This document shows, in pieces, positions 8,484 through 17,923 of a stretch of 33,151 bases of DNA. The stretch spans positions 1 through 33,151 of the forward strand of contig JBHLNT010000032.1 in NCBI GenBank assembly GCA_048941265.1. Direction: 5' to 3'. The translations under genes and the position numbers were made by a program. Numbering within the stretch: the first letter of the stretch is position 1; each line of letters opens with the position of its first letter. This DNA comes from Promethearchaeota archaeon (GTDB lineage Archaea; Asgardarchaeota; Lokiarchaeia; Sigyniarchaeales; SOKP01). Under the pieces are notes generated by a model, which searched no databases, was not told the origin of the DNA, and saw only the letters and a list, made by a program, of their open reading frames with translations.

Positions 8484-9584
8484 CTAATGTACCCATGCAA
8501 TTATGCATATATCACGAAATAACATTAATGGATCCAATTTTCTAATAATAATTTTGTATTTTGAACAAATATTTTGAATAAAATTTTTCGTTTCAAAAAA
8601 TTGTTTTCCATTATGATAAATTGATATCAATAAAATTGGTCTAAACTTTTGAATGGTTTTTTCAGCTCCTTTTAACGCGTATAACTCGAAACCTTCGATA
8701 TCCATTTTTATTAAGCCAACATTAAGATTATTTTCTTTAACAAATTCATCAATCGTAATTATTTTAACATGATGTTCTCCTTTATCAGATATAAAAGAAC
8801 TTCCACCCTGACTTTTTATTCTCAATACACCTTCCTTTTCTCCTAATCCTAATCTTATTGGCTTTATTTTCTTAAGATTATTAGTTTTAATTGTTTCAAT
8901 AAGACGCTTAAAATTCTTTGGTTCTGGTTCGAATGCATATATTTTTTTTGGCTGATAAAAACGTGCAAATACAATTGATGAATCGCCATTAAAAGCACCA
9001 CAGTCTAAAAAGTCTTTATCAATTAATGAATATTTTATTTCTTGAGGCAGAAACTTTAAACCATTATGAGAGTAAAAAACAGAACCCCTGTAATTTTTAT
9101 TTCTTAGAATAATATTTTTTTTAACAGTTTTTATAGTTTCATTAATTTCTTTCTTTTTATTCAATTCATCTTTCGTTAATAAATTATTTTTATCAATTAT
9201 GCTATTAGTATAAAAAAACTCCAAACTTTTTAGTACTCTATTAATTGTTGTTTTGCTTTCTTGGTCTAAATCTTTAAATACTTCTTTTTGGTTTATATCA
9301 TTTCTGATAACAAATTCTACTATATTTTTCGATAATAAAAATAAATTCTTGTTTCTACTTCTAATTGGAGGTAAATTTTTACTATTTTTTAATATTAAAA
9401 CCATTTGAATTTTTTTATATAGTTTATTATAAATTATTATGAGAACTTTTTGAGAAAGCTCAAATAATTTGAACTTCAAAAATAAACGCCTATTTTTTAA
9501 TTTATGGAACAATATTGTATATAATTTTGATATAACGAGATTAATCTTTTCAACAAATTGTAATAATTTTAAGGTTATCAACAT
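8484..9584 (-). CDS. FkbM-family methyltransferase with long basic N-terminal extension
   Basis: FLDCGAFNGDSS, IYAFEPEPKNF, TIDEFV, LIKMDIEGFELYALKGA..TI..FRP.L.ISIYH. Start position uncertain. Confidence 0.9.
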   Translation of the reverse strand: MLITLKLLQFVEKINLVISKLYTILFHKLKNRRLFLKFKLFELSQKVLIIIYNKLYKKIQMVLILKNSKNLPPIRSRNKNLFLLSKNIVEFVIRNDINQKEVFKDLDQESKTTINRVLKSLEFFYTNSIIDKNNLLTKDELNKKKEINETIKTVKKNIILRNKNYRGSVFYSHNGLKFLPQEIKYSLIDKDFLDCGAFNGDSSIVFARFYQPKKIYAFEPEPKNFKRLIETIKTNNLKKIKPIRLGLGEKEGVLRIKSQGGSSFISDKGEHHVKIITIDEFVKENNLNVGLIKMDIEGFELYALKGAEKTIQKFRPILLISIYHNGKQFFETKNFIQNICSKYKIIIRKLDPLMLFRDICIIAWVH

Positions 9585-9894
9585 ATTTTCTTACGTTCTG
9601 ATCAATCAATCATTACACTCTTAACGTAAATGAATTTTCTAAGATTTATAATTTTATTTTTAATCACGCTCTTTTCGCATAATGAACTTATTCTTTTAAA
9701 GTGGATTACATTAAGGAGATAAACAGAATCAATCATATATTAAAAGATGTTTTTATCACGTTAACCTTCTAAATTTTCTTTTTAATAATGCAAAGAAATC
9801 ATTTAAAACAAGAAATAAATTTTATTAGATATTAAAATTTTTTATAAACTAAATTGTTAATTTCAACAATAGACAACATCTTTTTTCAGGAAAT

Positions 9895-10725
9895 ATGACT
9901 CCAATCGTAATTGGTGGTTTAGGAGGAAGTGGAACAAGACTTATAGCAAAACTATTAATTAGCAGTGGAGTCTATATGGGAAATGATTTAAATGGTGCTT
10001 TTGATAATCTATTGTTTCATTATCTTATTATAAGACGTAAATTGCCAGACTTTAGGAAGTTTGACTCTTATATAAGCATATTTGAAAAAATAATGACCAG
10101 AGATAAATTAAATGTATGTGACAATCTTAAGCTAACTAAAGTATTTTTTTCTGATATCATATTAAGATCATTTTCCTTTAAATTTATAGTAAAAAGATTA
10201 ATAAATTTAATTGGTTCAAGATGTAAATCTCAAAATACTAAAATTTGGGGCTGGAAAAATCCAGGCACCTCTATTTTTTTGAAGAAACTTGCAAATTATT
10301 ATAATGATTTAAAATATATCCATGTGATAAGACATGGACTTGATATGGCATATAGTAGAAACAAGCATCAATTAAATAATTGGGGGATATTATATGGAAT
10401 AAATGTTCCTGAGGACAATGATTTGATACCCGTAGCTCAACTAGAATATTGGATTAAAGCAAATAAGAAAACATTAAAATTAAGTAAAACAATAAGGAAA
10501 GATTCTTTTTATTTATTAAATTTTGATGAACTTTGTACAAATCCCCATGAAAACATCCGAAAACTGTTTGAATTTTTATATTTAAAGCTCGATAGCAAAA
10601 CATTTGAGAAATTAATTAAAATTGTACGTATACCTTCCTCAATGGGAAGATGGAAATCAAAGGATATTAGCATATTTAACGATAATCAGCTAAATGAGGT
10701 TGTTGGATTAGGATTTAAACTTTAG
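9895..10725 (+). CDS. Sulfotransferase (Sulfotransfer_3-like family)
   Basis: PIVIGGLGGSGTRLIAKLL, WGWKNP, YIHVIRHGLDMAYS, LNFDELCTNP, SMGRWK. Confidence 0.85.
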   Translation: MTPIVIGGLGGSGTRLIAKLLISSGVYMGNDLNGAFDNLLFHYLIIRRKLPDFRKFDSYISIFEKIMTRDKLNVCDNLKLTKVFFSDIILRSFSFKFIVKRLINLIGSRCKSQNTKIWGWKNPGTSIFLKKLANYYNDLKYIHVIRHGLDMAYSRNKHQLNNWGILYGINVPEDNDLIPVAQLEYWIKANKKTLKLSKTIRKDSFYLLNFDELCTNPHENIRKLFEFLYLKLDSKTFEKLIKIVRIPSSMGRWKSKDISIFNDNQLNEVVGLGFKL

Positions 10726-10808
10726 ATTTATATTTAAAATCTTTATAATGATTTGGAAATCGTTTTAAAAAAATATAATATGATAGAAAAATAATAATTA
10801 TTAAGGTT

Positions 10809-11642
10809 ATGTTGAAAAAAGATTCAATAAAGAGATATATTCGGCAGATTTTTGCCTTTATAGAAAAAAGTCTTTATCTTGAATTCCGAATTAGAACTCA
10901 ATTTTTTTCACGTTTTCTAACTCCTCTTATTGAATTGTTTTTATTCATAATACTTTTTGGTGCGATTTTTAAAGCAAGACCAGGATATAAGATTGGATAT
11001 TGGGATTCAAGTAATTTTGTACTCTTTTTGCTCATTGCTTTTTGCATTCAATTCACTAAGCCAGTTATTATGGAATATAAAAGGTTATTTATAAATGAAA
11101 AATATTGGAAAACTATAAGTGCCATAATGGTCGCTCCAGTTAACAGATTTACATTACTAGTAAGTGTTTTAATTTCAGAATTAGTTGTGGTAGGTATACC
11201 TTTTTCGATTCTTTTTGTAATAGCATTAATACTTTATCCAATTCCATTATTCATTATTTTTTTAATTTTATTGATCTTTTTGGCTATATTCTTAATATTT
11301 GGGGCTTTGGGTTTAATTATTGCAGTGTTTTCGATTTCCAATGAGGAATATATAGCATATTTAACTATAATTTTAAGATTTACTTTCCTATTCAGCTGTA
11401 CTAATATTCCTCTAGAAATATTCCCTAAATCTCTTCACTTTATTATATTAATAAATCCGTTTTATTATATTTTTGATTTATTGAGACTCACATGGTATTC
11501 AGGAATTGAATATGAAGTATCAATGAGGTATATTACACCGACACACATTATCATACTTATTGTATTTACGATAATATCTCCAATTATTGCTGTTTATTTA
11601 TTTAATAAAGTATACAAAAAATATGGAATTGTAGGGTATTAA
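10809..11642 (+). CDS. ABC-2 type transporter permease
   Basis: About six hydrophobic segments, 'EKYWKTISAIMVAPVNR' and 'INPFYYIFDLLR'; directly upstream of an ABC ATPase. Confidence 0.85.
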   Translation: MLKKDSIKRYIRQIFAFIEKSLYLEFRIRTQFFSRFLTPLIELFLFIILFGAIFKARPGYKIGYWDSSNFVLFLLIAFCIQFTKPVIMEYKRLFINEKYWKTISAIMVAPVNRFTLLVSVLISELVVVGIPFSILFVIALILYPIPLFIIFLILLIFLAIFLIFGALGLIIAVFSISNEEYIAYLTIILRFTFLFSCTNIPLEIFPKSLHFIILINPFYYIFDLLRLTWYSGIEYEVSMRYITPTHIIILIVFTIISPIIAVYLFNKVYKKYGIVGY

Positions 11643-11662
11643 AAAAAGGAAGGAGAAGTTAA

Positions 11663-12598
11663 TTGAATAATAACACATCAAATGAATATGATATCGAAAT
11701 TTTTAACTTGACTAAGGTATATTGGCTTAAAGGTAAAAACAAATCGATACATGCATTGAAGAATATTAATTTGAACGTTAAAAAGGGGGAGATTTTTGGA
11801 CTACTTGGTCCCAATGGAGCGGGAAAAACGACATTAGTTTCAATATTAACTACTTTGATACAACCTACAAGTGGTTATGCTAAGATTTTAGGACACAACA
11901 TATTGAAAGAATCTTGGTATGTAAGGGAAAATGTGGGTTTGATGTTAGGAGGCGAGATGATATATCATAGACTTAGTGGTTATAGAAATTTAAAATTTTT
12001 TTGTAAACTATATGGAATCAAGAATTATAATGAAAAAATTTATGAAATCACAGAAAAACTAAATATAAAAAAGTGGTTAAATCAATATGCTGAAAATTAT
12101 TCCAAGGGAATGAAATTGAAATTAGCCTTAGCAAGGGTTTTGTTAATTGAACCTAAAATATTATTTTTAGACGAACCGATGTTAGGATTAGACCCCAAGT
12201 CATTATTGGATGTAATCAATATTTTGCAAAACTTAGGAGCAACTATTTTTTTAACTTCCCATCAAATGGATGTGGTTTCTAGACTATGTGATAGAATAGC
12301 ATTTCTCAAAAAAGGTAATATAATAAAAATCGACACTCAAGCTAATTTTAAAAAACTAATCTCCGATAAAATGAAATTAGAAATTAAAATTTTAAACCAT
12401 AAAGATAATTTAATTAAAATTCTAAAATCAGAAGATTTTGTGAGTAATATTAATGAAAGTCAAGATAAAATCACTTTATTTATTGAAAATGAAAATTACT
12501 TTCAAGATTTGTTAGCAATTTTAAAAGAATATCCAGTTCTACATTTAAATGAGCTAAAACCCAGTTTAGAAGAAGTATTTATTAAATTAACAAAATAA
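11663..12598 (+). CDS. ABC transporter ATP-binding protein (DrrA/ABC-2 type)
   Basis: Walker A GPNGAGKTT, signature YSKGMK, Walker B ILFLDEP, H-loop TSH, C-terminal PSLEEVF. TTG start preceded by aaggaaggag. Confidence 0.93.
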   Translation: MNNNTSNEYDIEIFNLTKVYWLKGKNKSIHALKNINLNVKKGEIFGLLGPNGAGKTTLVSILTTLIQPTSGYAKILGHNILKESWYVRENVGLMLGGEMIYHRLSGYRNLKFFCKLYGIKNYNEKIYEITEKLNIKKWLNQYAENYSKGMKLKLALARVLLIEPKILFLDEPMLGLDPKSLLDVINILQNLGATIFLTSHQMDVVSRLCDRIAFLKKGNIIKIDTQANFKKLISDKMKLEIKILNHKDNLIKILKSEDFVSNINESQDKITLFIENENYFQDLLAILKEYPVLHLNELKPSLEEVFIKLTK

Positions 12599-12791
12599 GG
12601 AGAAAAATTTCATTTAAAAATCAAATTTAACTTTTAAATCAATTATTTTAATTTAACATAATTTATTATTAGTTACTTATTCGGGGAAATGAATTAAATA
12701 TTTAACGAGCTTATTAATTATTAGTGGAGTTTATTAAGAAAGCAATTGCTTTTATCTCTTTTTCAAAACGTTAAAATAAAGCGAGATATTC

Positions 12792-13664
12792 TTATTCCCA
12801 GTTAAAATTTAATCCTAAATATTGAAATAATTGTTGATTATATGGTTTATACAGATTATATAATTTCTCTTTCATTTTCAAATCCATTTCTGGATATCCT
12901 ACTTTACCAAATTTTTTATATTCATTAAGTTCCCAATTTGGTAGAGTTAAGAATCTAAAAACTTTTTCTAATGTTTTACGGGAATTATTAAACAAGTCTT
13001 CGCTTTTTAGAATTAAGATCTGTTCTTTTGGGAAATATTTATGCCATCTTTTAATTTGATTCACATATATTCCTCTCGCAAATACAGATTCCTTAGATAG
13101 AAATGAATTCTCATATTTCGTATCTTCTCTAAAGTTAAATAAACCTTGATTTAATTTTTTAATAGAATTTATCATGTATTCTTCATAAGATAAATAATTT
13201 TTACCCAGTTTAATCAAATGTCTTTTATATTTATTATAATGGGAATAAGCTCTATCAACGGGATTTCTTAATAATATTATTAATTTGACATTTGGTAATA
13301 GAGAATATATCCTCCTAGGAGCGTGAGGATGGAGTATATACATAGGAGTTGCTTCTCCAGTTATAAAATTATGCCTTAAAAAAATTTTGGTAAAAGCTTT
13401 TCGTGCTAAAAGTGGAAAAAAAGATCTATACCAATTAAGACCTTTATTAAACTGCAAATCAAAAAAATGAGTTTCTTTCTTTCTTGCTTTTCCTATATAT
13501 GGATGCGATGTTAAGTAATTATATAGGGAACTAGTTCCACACTTCATTGCCCCGATAATTATAAAATCTGGCAACATTCTAATTTGACATGTAAAGAATC
13601 GAAAATATTTATTTATTTGATCTTTTATCTTCTTATATATTTGATTAATCTCCATAAATATCAT
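12792..13664 (-). CDS. Sulfotransferase (heparan-sulfate N/3-O-sulfotransferase-like), canonical motifs
   Basis: LPDFIIIGAMKCGTSSLY, KKETHFFD, GEATPMY, LLRNPVDRAYSHY, YKPYNQQL. Lies 25 bp downstream of the transketolase C-subunit gene. Confidence 0.92.
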   Translation of the reverse strand: MIFMEINQIYKKIKDQINKYFRFFTCQIRMLPDFIIIGAMKCGTSSLYNYLTSHPYIGKARKKETHFFDLQFNKGLNWYRSFFPLLARKAFTKIFLRHNFITGEATPMYILHPHAPRRIYSLLPNVKLIILLRNPVDRAYSHYNKYKRHLIKLGKNYLSYEEYMINSIKKLNQGLFNFREDTKYENSFLSKESVFARGIYVNQIKRWHKYFPKEQILILKSEDLFNNSRKTLEKVFRFLTLPNWELNEYKKFGKVGYPEMDLKMKEKLYNLYKPYNQQLFQYLGLNFNWE

Positions 13665-13689
13665 TAGTTATATAGTACTATATTTAGAA

Positions 13690-14631
13690 TTATGACAGAT
13701 TAAAATATTTAGATAATATTTCTACTTGATTCTTAATATATTTTACATTTAATCCATGTTCGTTGAGAATTTTTTCTCTATTCCCAGATTGCCCAAAAGA
13801 ATTAGTTATTCCAATAAATCTCATAGGAATTATTTTTTTTTCAGAAATTATTCGTGCTAAAATGCTACCTATTCCGCAATAAATATTATGTTCTTCAATT
13901 ATAACTATTGCTTTCATATCATTAATTTCATTAATCAATTTATCTTCATAAATAGGTTTGATAGTAGAAAGATTAATAACTTTTACACTAAGATTTAGTT
14001 CATTTTCTATTTGTGATGCTGAATTTAAGCCCAATACGCTTCCGTAGCCTGTGCCTATTAGACAAATATCTTTACCTTTTTTAAGGACATCCGGAGTTCC
14101 TATAGAAAACTTAAAATCTTCATTATGGATTTTAGGGAAAGAACCTCTGGGTAATCTTATATAAAATGGACCTTCAGTATTAACTGCATAATCCAGTATC
14201 TGAATCAACTCAATATTATCCACTGGTACTAAAACGGTTAAATATGGAAGAGTAGTCATTAATGATAAGTCTTCCAACGCATTATGAGTACTTCCATCCT
14301 CTCCTACAATACCTCCGTGAGTTACAATAATTTTTACATTTAATTTATCATGACAAGCAAATCTTATAAATTCCCATGCCCTTCCAGTCGTAAATATAGA
14401 AAATCCGCTAACAATCGGTATTTTTCCTGATATTGCGAAACCCAGAGCAGTTCCAACCATATTTTGTTCAGCAATACCCATATTGAAAAATCTGTTAGGA
14501 AATTTTTCAGCAAACAGTTTTGTTCTTGTAGATGTTGATAAATCACAATCTAAAACAACAATATCTTTGTATCTCTCTGCATTGTCAACTAAAAATTTTC
14601 CAAAAATGTCTCTCATAGGCATTATGTTCAA
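13690..14631 (-). CDS. Transketolase, C-terminal (pyrimidine-binding/C-domain) subunit
   Basis: LDCDLSTST, FFNMGIAEQNM, THGG.VGEDGSTH.ALED, GPFYIRL.R, EEHNIYCGIGS. Confidence 0.93.
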   Translation of the reverse strand: MNIMPMRDIFGKFLVDNAERYKDIVVLDCDLSTSTRTKLFAEKFPNRFFNMGIAEQNMVGTALGFAISGKIPIVSGFSIFTTGRAWEFIRFACHDKLNVKIIVTHGGIVGEDGSTHNALEDLSLMTTLPYLTVLVPVDNIELIQILDYAVNTEGPFYIRLPRGSFPKIHNEDFKFSIGTPDVLKKGKDICLIGTGYGSVLGLNSASQIENELNLSVKVINLSTIKPIYEDKLINEINDMKAIVIIEEHNIYCGIGSILARIISEKKIIPMRFIGITNSFGQSGNREKILNEHGLNVKYIKNQVEILSKYFNLS

Positions 14632-14632
14632 A

Positions 14633-15487
14633 TTAATATCCTCTTATCTTTTTCTTAATTTTTTCGATTTCCTTTATAGCTTTTTTATATTCTTCTTCAT
14701 TCGGGGCACGACCATGATATTTGCTAGTATGTTCCATAAATGAGATGTCAGCCCCTTTAATAAGATACGAAATTATTACTGTAGGTTTTCTTATGATTTT
14801 TATAGATTTTTCGAAACTGGAGATTATTTCCTTTATATTTGAACCATCAACTTCAATTACTTCCCATCCAAATGCACTCCATTTATTAGCTAATGGTTCC
14901 AAAGCCATGATTTCTTCAGTAGAACCATCTAATTGAATCCCATTTCTATCGACAATCGCAACTAAATTATCTAGTTTATAATGTGAAGCTGCCATAGCAG
15001 CTTCCCATATTGAACCCTCATTTAATTCTCCATCACCAAGAAGAACATAAATAACTTTATCTTTTTTATTATCCAATTTGGCTGATAATGCACAACCAAT
15101 TCCAATAGATAACCCCATTCCTAAAGATCCTGTGCTAATTTCAATTCCAAACTGAATATTTTTTACAGGATGCCCTTGTAATTTCGATCCAAATTTTCTT
15201 AATGTAAATAACTCATTTTTATTAAAAAAACCTATTTTTGATAAGACCGCATATAAAGCTGGAGCGGCGTGTCCTTTACTTAAAATGAATATATCTCTCT
15301 CATCCCATTGGGGATTTTTAGGATTAATTTTCATAACTTTTTTATAAAGAATATAAATTAAAGTAGTACAGGATAAAGAACCTCCAGGATGGCCTGACTG
15401 TGCCAAAAATATCATTTTAAGGATATCTTTTTTAATATCCAAAATATCTAATAATAACTTGCTTTCTTCAGCTTTTGTAATTACCAT
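14633..15487 (-). CDS. Transketolase, N-terminal (ThDP-binding) subunit
   Basis: SGHPGGSLS, RDIFILSKGHAAPALY, LQGHP, STGSLGMG, GDGELNEGSIWEA...N (ThDP motif). Confidence 0.95.
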   Translation of the reverse strand: MVITKAEESKLLLDILDIKKDILKMIFLAQSGHPGGSLSCTTLIYILYKKVMKINPKNPQWDERDIFILSKGHAAPALYAVLSKIGFFNKNELFTLRKFGSKLQGHPVKNIQFGIEISTGSLGMGLSIGIGCALSAKLDNKKDKVIYVLLGDGELNEGSIWEAAMAASHYKLDNLVAIVDRNGIQLDGSTEEIMALEPLANKWSAFGWEVIEVDGSNIKEIISSFEKSIKIIRKPTVIISYLIKGADISFMEHTSKYHGRAPNEEEYKKAIKEIEKIKKKIRGY

Positions 15488-15509
15488 TTTCTAATCAATT
15501 ATCGATTAT

Positions 15510-16517
15510 TTATTCATTTAAGTTAGTTGAGATGAATTTGATTAGTTTTGCAGAATTATAGAATTCTACTGGCGGTAAAGTGGCAGAAAGGGTTGCACCA
15601 TAGAGTGCTAATTTTGTGGCATCTAAACTGGAGATATTCGAAGCATAGTTCAAACCCAATATAGCCATTATGCTACTCCCCACGGCAACATAACTTCTAA
15701 CAGGTTGTTTTAAAATGGACTCTATTTTTTCTAACCTTTCAGAATCTTTACTATACAAATAGGATACTGATTCGATATCGTTTAATAATACATTTTTACA
15801 TTTAGTAGTATTTAATATTTTTTTTGCTACAATAGAAACGCTTGTTTCGTTGCAGCAATCAATGGATAAAGTTCTTAGAGCCTTCTGAAGCGTCATTTTA
15901 ATTAAGTCTACATTTTCGTACATATAATAATTGGTTAAATTAGGACGGGTAATGATGGGAACATTGATGTAAGCTTCTTTTAAAATATTTATCAACTTTT
16001 GAATAAAAATATCTTCAAATAAATCCCCCATTCCATAATCTAAAATAAGAATGGCTTCCAATTCTTTAGATCTCGTTTCTATTATTTTTAAGAATTTCCT
16101 TATCAATGAGTCCGAAAAATCACTTGAATAATCAGTTTCTAATCTAAGAACATGCTGATTCATTGCCTTTATTCTTGTAATTTGAGGTGTGGCAATATTA
16201 TCATCCATGATTATCCCTGAAGCTTCAATATTAAATTCTTTAATTTTTTTTAAGAAAAAATCCCCTTCATAATCATTTCCGATTATAGTACAAACCTCTG
16301 GAATTCCTCCCAATGATTTAATAAATTTTAATACTAGTCCAATGCCACCTAAATAAGAAAGATTTTCCTCTGTTTTTATATTAGGAACTGGTGCATCAGG
16401 TGATATTTTATCAGCAAAACCTTTTATGTATTTATCTATTAATGCTTCACCAATAACTAAAATCCTTCTACCATTCCAGCTTTTTACTTTATCGAGGATC
16501 TCCATTTCAAAATACAA
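15510..16517 (-). CDS. HldA/RfaE-domain-I (heptose-7-P kinase)-like PfkB protein, degenerate active site
   Basis: ILVIGEALIDKYIKG.ADKISPDAPVP, TRIKAMNQHVLRLE and ILDYGMG are HldE kinase-domain hallmarks. GAGD is replaced by AVGS. Confidence 0.8.
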   Translation of the reverse strand: MYFEMEILDKVKSWNGRRILVIGEALIDKYIKGFADKISPDAPVPNIKTEENLSYLGGIGLVLKFIKSLGGIPEVCTIIGNDYEGDFFLKKIKEFNIEASGIIMDDNIATPQITRIKAMNQHVLRLETDYSSDFSDSLIRKFLKIIETRSKELEAILILDYGMGDLFEDIFIQKLINILKEAYINVPIITRPNLTNYYMYENVDLIKMTLQKALRTLSIDCCNETSVSIVAKKILNTTKCKNVLLNDIESVSYLYSKDSERLEKIESILKQPVRSYVAVGSSIMAILGLNYASNISSLDATKLALYGATLSATLPPVEFYNSAKLIKFISTNLNE

Positions 16518-16664
16518 TCAAAAAAAAAATTCGTTTCTATTTTCTAGCTTTTATTCTATTATTTTATCATAAATTATTATAATTATATGTCTTAGTATAA
16601 TAATCTTTTTTGGATTTACATCTTTTTTAAGAAAAGAATCTAAATCTCAAAATTAGTTAACTTA

Positions 16665-17300
16665 TTAACTCTTTTTATGAATATTTTTTAATTTTTCAAT
16701 AACTTTATTGGGATTTTTAGCATTTAGAATTGTACTTGAACTACACAGAATATCAGCATTTCTTAACAATTTTGCATTGTTAATATTAATTCCTCCATCA
16801 ACACTTATCATAAAATTATATTTATTTTTATATTGAGCCAAATGATTAATTTTGTTAATAACTTCTGGAATAAATTTCTGTCCAGACCAACCAGGATTAA
16901 CTGACATTACTAAAATTTCGTCTAAAAATTTTAAATATGGCTCAATCTGAGAAATATTTGTCTCTGGATTAATAACTAAACCTACTTTTTTATTAAATTT
17001 TTTAACTTTATTAATTATCTCCTCCATTACATATTCTGACTCGAAATGAAAGAGAAAAATGTCAATAAAATCAATAATTTTCTCGATATAATCATATGGA
17101 TTTATAACCATTAAGTGTGCTACAATATAATATTTTGAATTCTCTCTTATTATTCTAAAAACATCGAGGTTAAGATTTGTATTATTAACAAATTTACCAT
17201 CCATAACATCAATATGAATATAATCTAGATCCTTTAATCCCTTAATTATTTCTAAGTTAAAATCGTCAGTGGCATGTATTGAAACTGCTATTTTCTTCAT
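16665..17300 (-). CDS. rpe: Ribulose-phosphate 3-epimerase
   Basis: HIDVMDGKFV, AHLMV, HFES, LVMSVNPGWSGQKF, VDGGIN. Confidence 0.93.
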   Translation of the reverse strand: MKKIAVSIHATDDFNLEIIKGLKDLDYIHIDVMDGKFVNNTNLNLDVFRIIRENSKYYIVAHLMVINPYDYIEKIIDFIDIFLFHFESEYVMEEIINKVKKFNKKVGLVINPETNISQIEPYLKFLDEILVMSVNPGWSGQKFIPEVINKINHLAQYKNKYNFMISVDGGININNAKLLRNADILCSSSTILNAKNPNKVIEKLKNIHKKS

Positions 17301-17311
17301 TTATTTCACAT

Positions 17312-17887
17312 TTATCCAAAAAGTTCTTTTTCTACTAAATAACAGATTATATGACCTACTGTTATGTGCCCTTCTTGAATTCGAGGAGTATCTATTGAGG
17401 GTATTTTAAGGCAGTAATCAACAATTCTTTCTATTTGATTTTCTTTTTTTCCAGTAAATCCAATCGTAATAGCACCTTTTTCTTTTGCCTTTTCTAGTCC
17501 CTTAATTACATTAGGAGAATTTCCCGATGTACTAATTCCAATAACAATATCACCCTTATTAACAAAAGAAGAGACTTGTCTCTCAAAAATTTTATCATAT
17601 CCAAAATCATTTGCAGTAGCAGTAACTACGGAAGTATTTGTATGAAATGCCAAAGCCGGAAGAGATTCACGATCTTTATAGAATTTACCTACGAATTCAG
17701 CGGCTATATGTTGGGCATCTGCCGCACTGCCACCATTACCAAAAAGAACTACCTTTTTCTTGTTTTTATAAGCATCTATTATACAGAGAGAAATTTTTGA
17801 AATTAGAGGAGAAAATTCTTTAATTCCATTAATAACCTTTACTGTTTTTTCCAAACTCGCAATTATTTCATTTTCCATTACTATCAC
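17312..17887 (-). CDS. gmhA: Phosphoheptose (sedoheptulose-7-P) isomerase; start possibly ATG at 17878
   Basis: GNGGSAADAQHIAAEF, TATANDFGY..IFERQV, GISTSGNSPNV, TPRIQEGH. Confidence 0.95.
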   Translation of the reverse strand: MIVMENEIIASLEKTVKVINGIKEFSPLISKISLCIIDAYKNKKKVVLFGNGGSAADAQHIAAEFVGKFYKDRESLPALAFHTNTSVVTATANDFGYDKIFERQVSSFVNKGDIVIGISTSGNSPNVIKGLEKAKEKGAITIGFTGKKENQIERIVDYCLKIPSIDTPRIQEGHITVGHIICYLVEKELFG

Positions 17888-17923
17888 TTATTCAATATTT
17901 TATGTTTTTTAATATTCATTAAT

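Noticed and set aside
9602-9736. 44-codon minus-strand ORF (MIDSVYLL...VMID) bounded by a 9-bp direct repeat atcaatcat
   Set aside because: No motif, TM segment or SD; compatible with chance in a divergent intergenic region.
14364-14936. Small overlapping ORFs within the transketolase genes
   Set aside because: Alternate-frame or antisense artefacts of well-supported CDSs.
16520-16529. 10-nt A/T homopolymers (also near 22533, 31783, 32681)
   Set aside because: Several such runs occur; they are expected at this AT content.
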